Positions 60,529-64,000 of a stretch of 64,000 nt of DNA are shown here, in pieces. How positions within the stretch are numbered: the stretch's first letter is position 1; the number at the start of each line of letters is the position of its first letter. The position numbers and the translations under genes were made by a program. The DNA is from Antedon mediterranea (Eukaryota; Animalia; Echinodermata), in NCBI RefSeq assembly GCF_964355755.1, contig NC_092671.1, positions 23,634,070 through 23,698,069 on the forward strand. The letters are read 5' to 3'. Below the pieces are notes generated by a model. That model did not search any database. It was not told the origin of the DNA and was given only the letters and a program-made list of their open reading frames with translations.

Positions 60529-61208
60529 CCGTACTGACGCGGGTATAAGCCCACCCCCCTCGAACATGAAATCACGTCAAGTTTGGGGGGTGGGCTTATA
60601 CCCGAGGATCCAAAAATGCAGATCGTCAAAAACAGCACATGTACACTGTGTACGTATTCCACCATGCGAGCAAGCGCCCTCACGTGTACGACGTTGCCTC
60701 TAACTAAATACACGAGGTGTAGAGTGTCGGAAAATTAAGCTTATAATTCGTGTAATTTATCGTAGAATATCTTATTTTAAACATCAATTTAACAAGAATT
60801 TATCAAGCAGAAAAGCAAGTATACAATGTTCGTTAAATAGAAATGTACCAAAAAAATTTAATAAGCTTGTTTATGGCAGCCGATACCAAATAGTGGTTTT
60901 CCGTTTTGGCGACTTGTATTGTAGCGTCGTGTGTGAAGCGATCTTCGACCGCGATGGAGTGTAAACAAAACAGGACCGCTAGGCCTCATATGGCCTAGCG
61001 TATATTAGCCTAGCTTGGTTATGATCAAAGGTAGGTGTATTCGGTGTATGGACGTCGCCAAATACAAAATAATGTATTACGACATACACTGTAGATCTTC
61101 GAATTAATGGGTGGGCTTATACCCGAGTGCCTCATTTTTCATGAAAATTTGTCAAAAGTTGGGGGTGGGCTTATACCCGAGTATGGGCTTATACCCGCGT
61201 CAGTACGG
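60529..61208. mobile_element. Tc1/mariner MITE nested in the hAT element
   Basis: Perfect TIRs CCGTACTGACGCGGGTATAAGCCCA; TA on both sides. Confidence 0.88.
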
Positions 61209-62579
61209 TACTAGTACATGTAACACTTAATGTTTATAGACTACTGTATAGTTTATTATTTAGTTCAAACACACGAGTATATGGCTAATCTTAATATACA
61301 TTGCGTTAATATGTCGTATTTGTTTGTGTTTTTTTTATATACAGTACGTTGAAGCATAGTCAATAGAAAGTATTGACTATGGTTGAAGAAGAGACAGGTT
61401 TACCAAGCGCGGTTCCGGTTCATAGAACACGCACGGGCATCTCATACACAATTGTGACGCTGTGCTGTGCGTGTGAGGCCGGCCACCTTAAAAAAATACA
61501 CTCCTACTAATCGTATGTAACGCGCTAGCGATCAGCAAAACGAACGTACTTCCGTGGCTGGCTGTCGCTCTAATACTCAATCTTTCAGTCTTCTAACCGG
61601 AAAAATTACTACCTTTGCCAAGCGCGGATCCAATGTTAGATTGGGTTTTCAAATGTTATGTCACCTGTTTTTTTAACGGTGGAAAATGTACGATCCTTTT
61701 GCTGATTGCTGTGCAATAAATGGGAGTGTTATTTCCAGGCCAACTACTACTAGGCCTAGGCTAGCCTAGTTGGAGGCGCCATTTTATCATGAATTTTATG
61801 TGCGAGAGTACCATTTCCGACGATCTAGGGGTGTCATTTACCAAAATTCGCTTCGCCACAGCCCCCACCATGGGGGGGCTGTGGCTCAAGTACTTGGTGT
61901 CTGGAAGGATCAGCCCCTGTTTGCCCCCCCTGACAAGACCCCCTTGTTACGCGGCTGATCTATTGCATTGACTATGTCTGAAAAACTAAAGGCTAAGCCA
62001 AAAAAAAGAGGTTCTGTTAGACGTACGCCCAACAGTTGGACCTCATTGATATTTGAAGAGAACCAGATTTCAATGAAAAAAACAGCTGTTTTGAAAGAAG
62101 GCAGCAGTCCATGAAAAAATGGCCAGGATGCAACGGATGCAGGACTTGGGCCATGCTTCGGCAATAGAACTAGGATCAGAGGAAGGGTTCGGCTCAGCAG
62201 TGACATACAAGAAGTGTTTCGAAAAAGCTAAAAGTAAGTTTTTTTTAAAAGAAATATACAGTATTACAAATGCAATTTTTTAGAAAGTTGAATGATGGCG
62301 TAGGCCTAAGTAAGTCTTGCCCTATGTGCTTCAATGAATTACAAAATGGAATATAATACATGACAAAAAAATTTTAATATATTAAGTATTCATAATAATA
62401 ATTAGTTAATGTTATTGTTGTTTATATTAAATAATGTAGATGACGATGATTCATCAAAATCAAGATGCAAAAAAAGATTAGTACAATTTGGTGTAGGAAA
62501 GCTTTGCTATTGTAAATAAAGTTCACTCCATATAATAACTTGATTTTTGCATTACTTGTACTCTCCGATTACAATTTTT

Positions 62580-62960
62580 TTGTCAAGACTTGAGCAGATG
62601 CTAGACACAAACACATTTCCTGAGATTCTTGAAACTATGCGAGATGTAAGATTTTGGAAGTAAGCTTTGCAGCAATCGTTGGTTCCTACATGAATTATAA
62701 CATTATCTACATCACTGTCTTTCATTAAATTAAGCAGTTGCGATATAGTGGCTCCTCAATGAGTATTATGTAATTCCCTTATTTTGATATGTTTCACCGT
62801 TAAATCACCAATAACCAAGTTTCGTATCATTGGTTTTGTAGATGAGCATAGTTTGTTTTTTTGGCATAAATATGTTGTATTCAGATTCACATCAGCATTG
62901 TCGTGCAAAGCTTCATATTGGTTTTTAGTAGGCAAAGACAAGATACAAATCAAATGTATG
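62580..62960 (-). mobile_element. LINE ORF1 SGNH-esterase remnant
   Basis: NLVIGDL.VKHI ... GATISQL ... NVIIHVGTNDC. Confidence 0.6.
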
Positions 62961-63391
62961 TTGTTAATTTAGTCGTTTCAATAGCAGGTATTGACAAACT
63001 GCAAGCCAACGATTCATGCGATTAGTTGGAGTCAATGGCCCACATGACCATGTTAATTGCAATCCATGCGAGTCAGTAGAAATGTAACTGCAGTATTGTA
63101 CCAAGAATGCAAGTCGTCATATTAAAACACAAACATAAAGTGACAATGACAATAATTTGATATAAATTAGTGTAAATTGACTGGTTTCAAATCACAATGG
63201 GCCTGTTGGGTCTCGCTATCAAATGTCAAATGGACAAATTGTATCCACCTGCATAGATAATAAATAGTTTAATTAGTGTATACAAATAATGAATGTTATG
63301 AGTTGGATGGTGGAGAATATTTTAAGTAGACTGATTGACTGCTATATTTAATGTGGTGGCAGACGAGTTAAATTAATAGGTGTGTTATAAC

Positions 63392-63722
63392 ATTATATAT
63401 AAAATACTGAAAGATGAGGGCGTATCAATTTGATCTCTGTTGCGCGTGCGTACAACAACGACTAGTGCTGTTCCGCCGTACCACGCCGAGAATGTTAAAG
63501 AGTCGCTATCCAATCGAGTTCGAACAATACCATGAAAGCGCCAGTGGTCTAATGGTTAGGACATCTGCATATCAAGCAGGCGGTCCGAGTTTGAGTCTCG
63601 GTTGGGGCGACTTTTTCTCATTCTCACAGATTTCCTCATCTTTATCGTTTCAAATTAATTAATTAAATTTCAGTATATCACCGGGCGGTTAAGAATTACT
63701 GTTCTTTGCCTGATTTGTTTAT
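63392..63722 (+). mobile_element. (TA)n-associated non-autonomous element with an internal tRNA-like sequence (63537-63609)
   Basis: A-box TGGTCTAATGG, anticodon arm TCTGC-ATATCAA-GCAGG, T-arm CCGAG-TTTGAGT-CTCGG; three copies in window. Confidence 0.7.
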
Positions 63723-63743
63723 ATATATATATATATATATATA

Positions 63744-63890
63744 TGCCCGAAAGCTCTGCTAACTTTTCTGGCTGTTTACTTTATCGTTTTGATTTAGCTT
63801 TTCGCTTTTTATTTTTGTATCTCCATTGAGATCCAGCCACTGATACCCACAGCATTGTCATTTTTTTCAGTAATTTGCCTTTGGATTTAT
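63744..63890 (+). mobile_element. Penelope 3'-terminal fragment inserted in (TA)n
   Basis: Near-identical reverse complement of 37523-37669; begins inside hammerhead stem II. Confidence 0.85.
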
Positions 63891-63932
63891 ATATATATAT
63901 ATAAACAAATCAGGCAAAGAACATTAATTCTA

Positions 63933-64000
63933 ATTAGGTGATCATTTAGAATAAAATGATCACCTATTGTTATTGTATCAAATCTTTATTGTTATTATTG
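63933..64000 (-). mobile_element. 3' end of the HINE-like element family seen at 10367-11967
   Basis: Reverse complement of ~11905-11967 including the TAGGTGATC hairpin. Confidence 0.75.

Larger units (their letters stand above)
56820..61957 (+). mobile_element. hAT DNA transposon, probably within an MLX intron
   Basis: Termini CAGTGGCGTAACAGG... and ...CTTGTTACGCGGCTG with G/C-rich subtermini; encloses a hAT transposase. No perfect 8-bp TSD. Confidence 0.75.

Noticed and set aside
61974-62233. Possible coding exon ending in GTAAGT (MSEKLKAKPKKRG.../...TYKKCFEKAK)
   Set aside because: Requires a frameshift or stop readthrough and no family could be recognised; probably a decayed TE gene.
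63537-63609. Functional tRNA gene
   Set aside because: Mismatched acceptor stem, TTT instead of TTC in the T-loop, atypical anticodon loop, and it is part of a dispersed repeat.

Overview
AT-rich, intron-containing animal DNA, probably a marine invertebrate; the species cannot be fixed from sequence. It holds two convergent host genes: the 3' 12 coding exons of ATIC/purH (+, 602-35105) and the 3' 5 coding exons of the bHLH-Zip factor MLX (-, 47413-54525). Most of the rest is transposon-derived. An 11.6-kb PIF/Harbinger-type element (26-bp TIRs, TTA TSD) fills an ATIC intron and contains an Academ (XPG + Cys-finger) remnant, a second Harbinger with its transposase, two Helentron-type elements and a Kolobok-type MITE. 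Also present are several LINE fragments, a Penelope element with a hammerhead ribozyme, and a frameshifted hAT element on the 5' side of the visible MLX exons. The most unusual region is 38.7-45.2 kb, between the two genes. It contains a spliced gene ending in a TIR/SEFIR-like domain, a second degraded TIR-like ORF, an intact intronless divergent Bcl-2-fold ORF and a decayed Polinton/Maverick-type packaging ATPase. Together these suggest an endogenous DNA-virus remnant with an apoptosis/innate-immunity modulation cassette. All homology calls are by-eye motif recognition; no searches were run.
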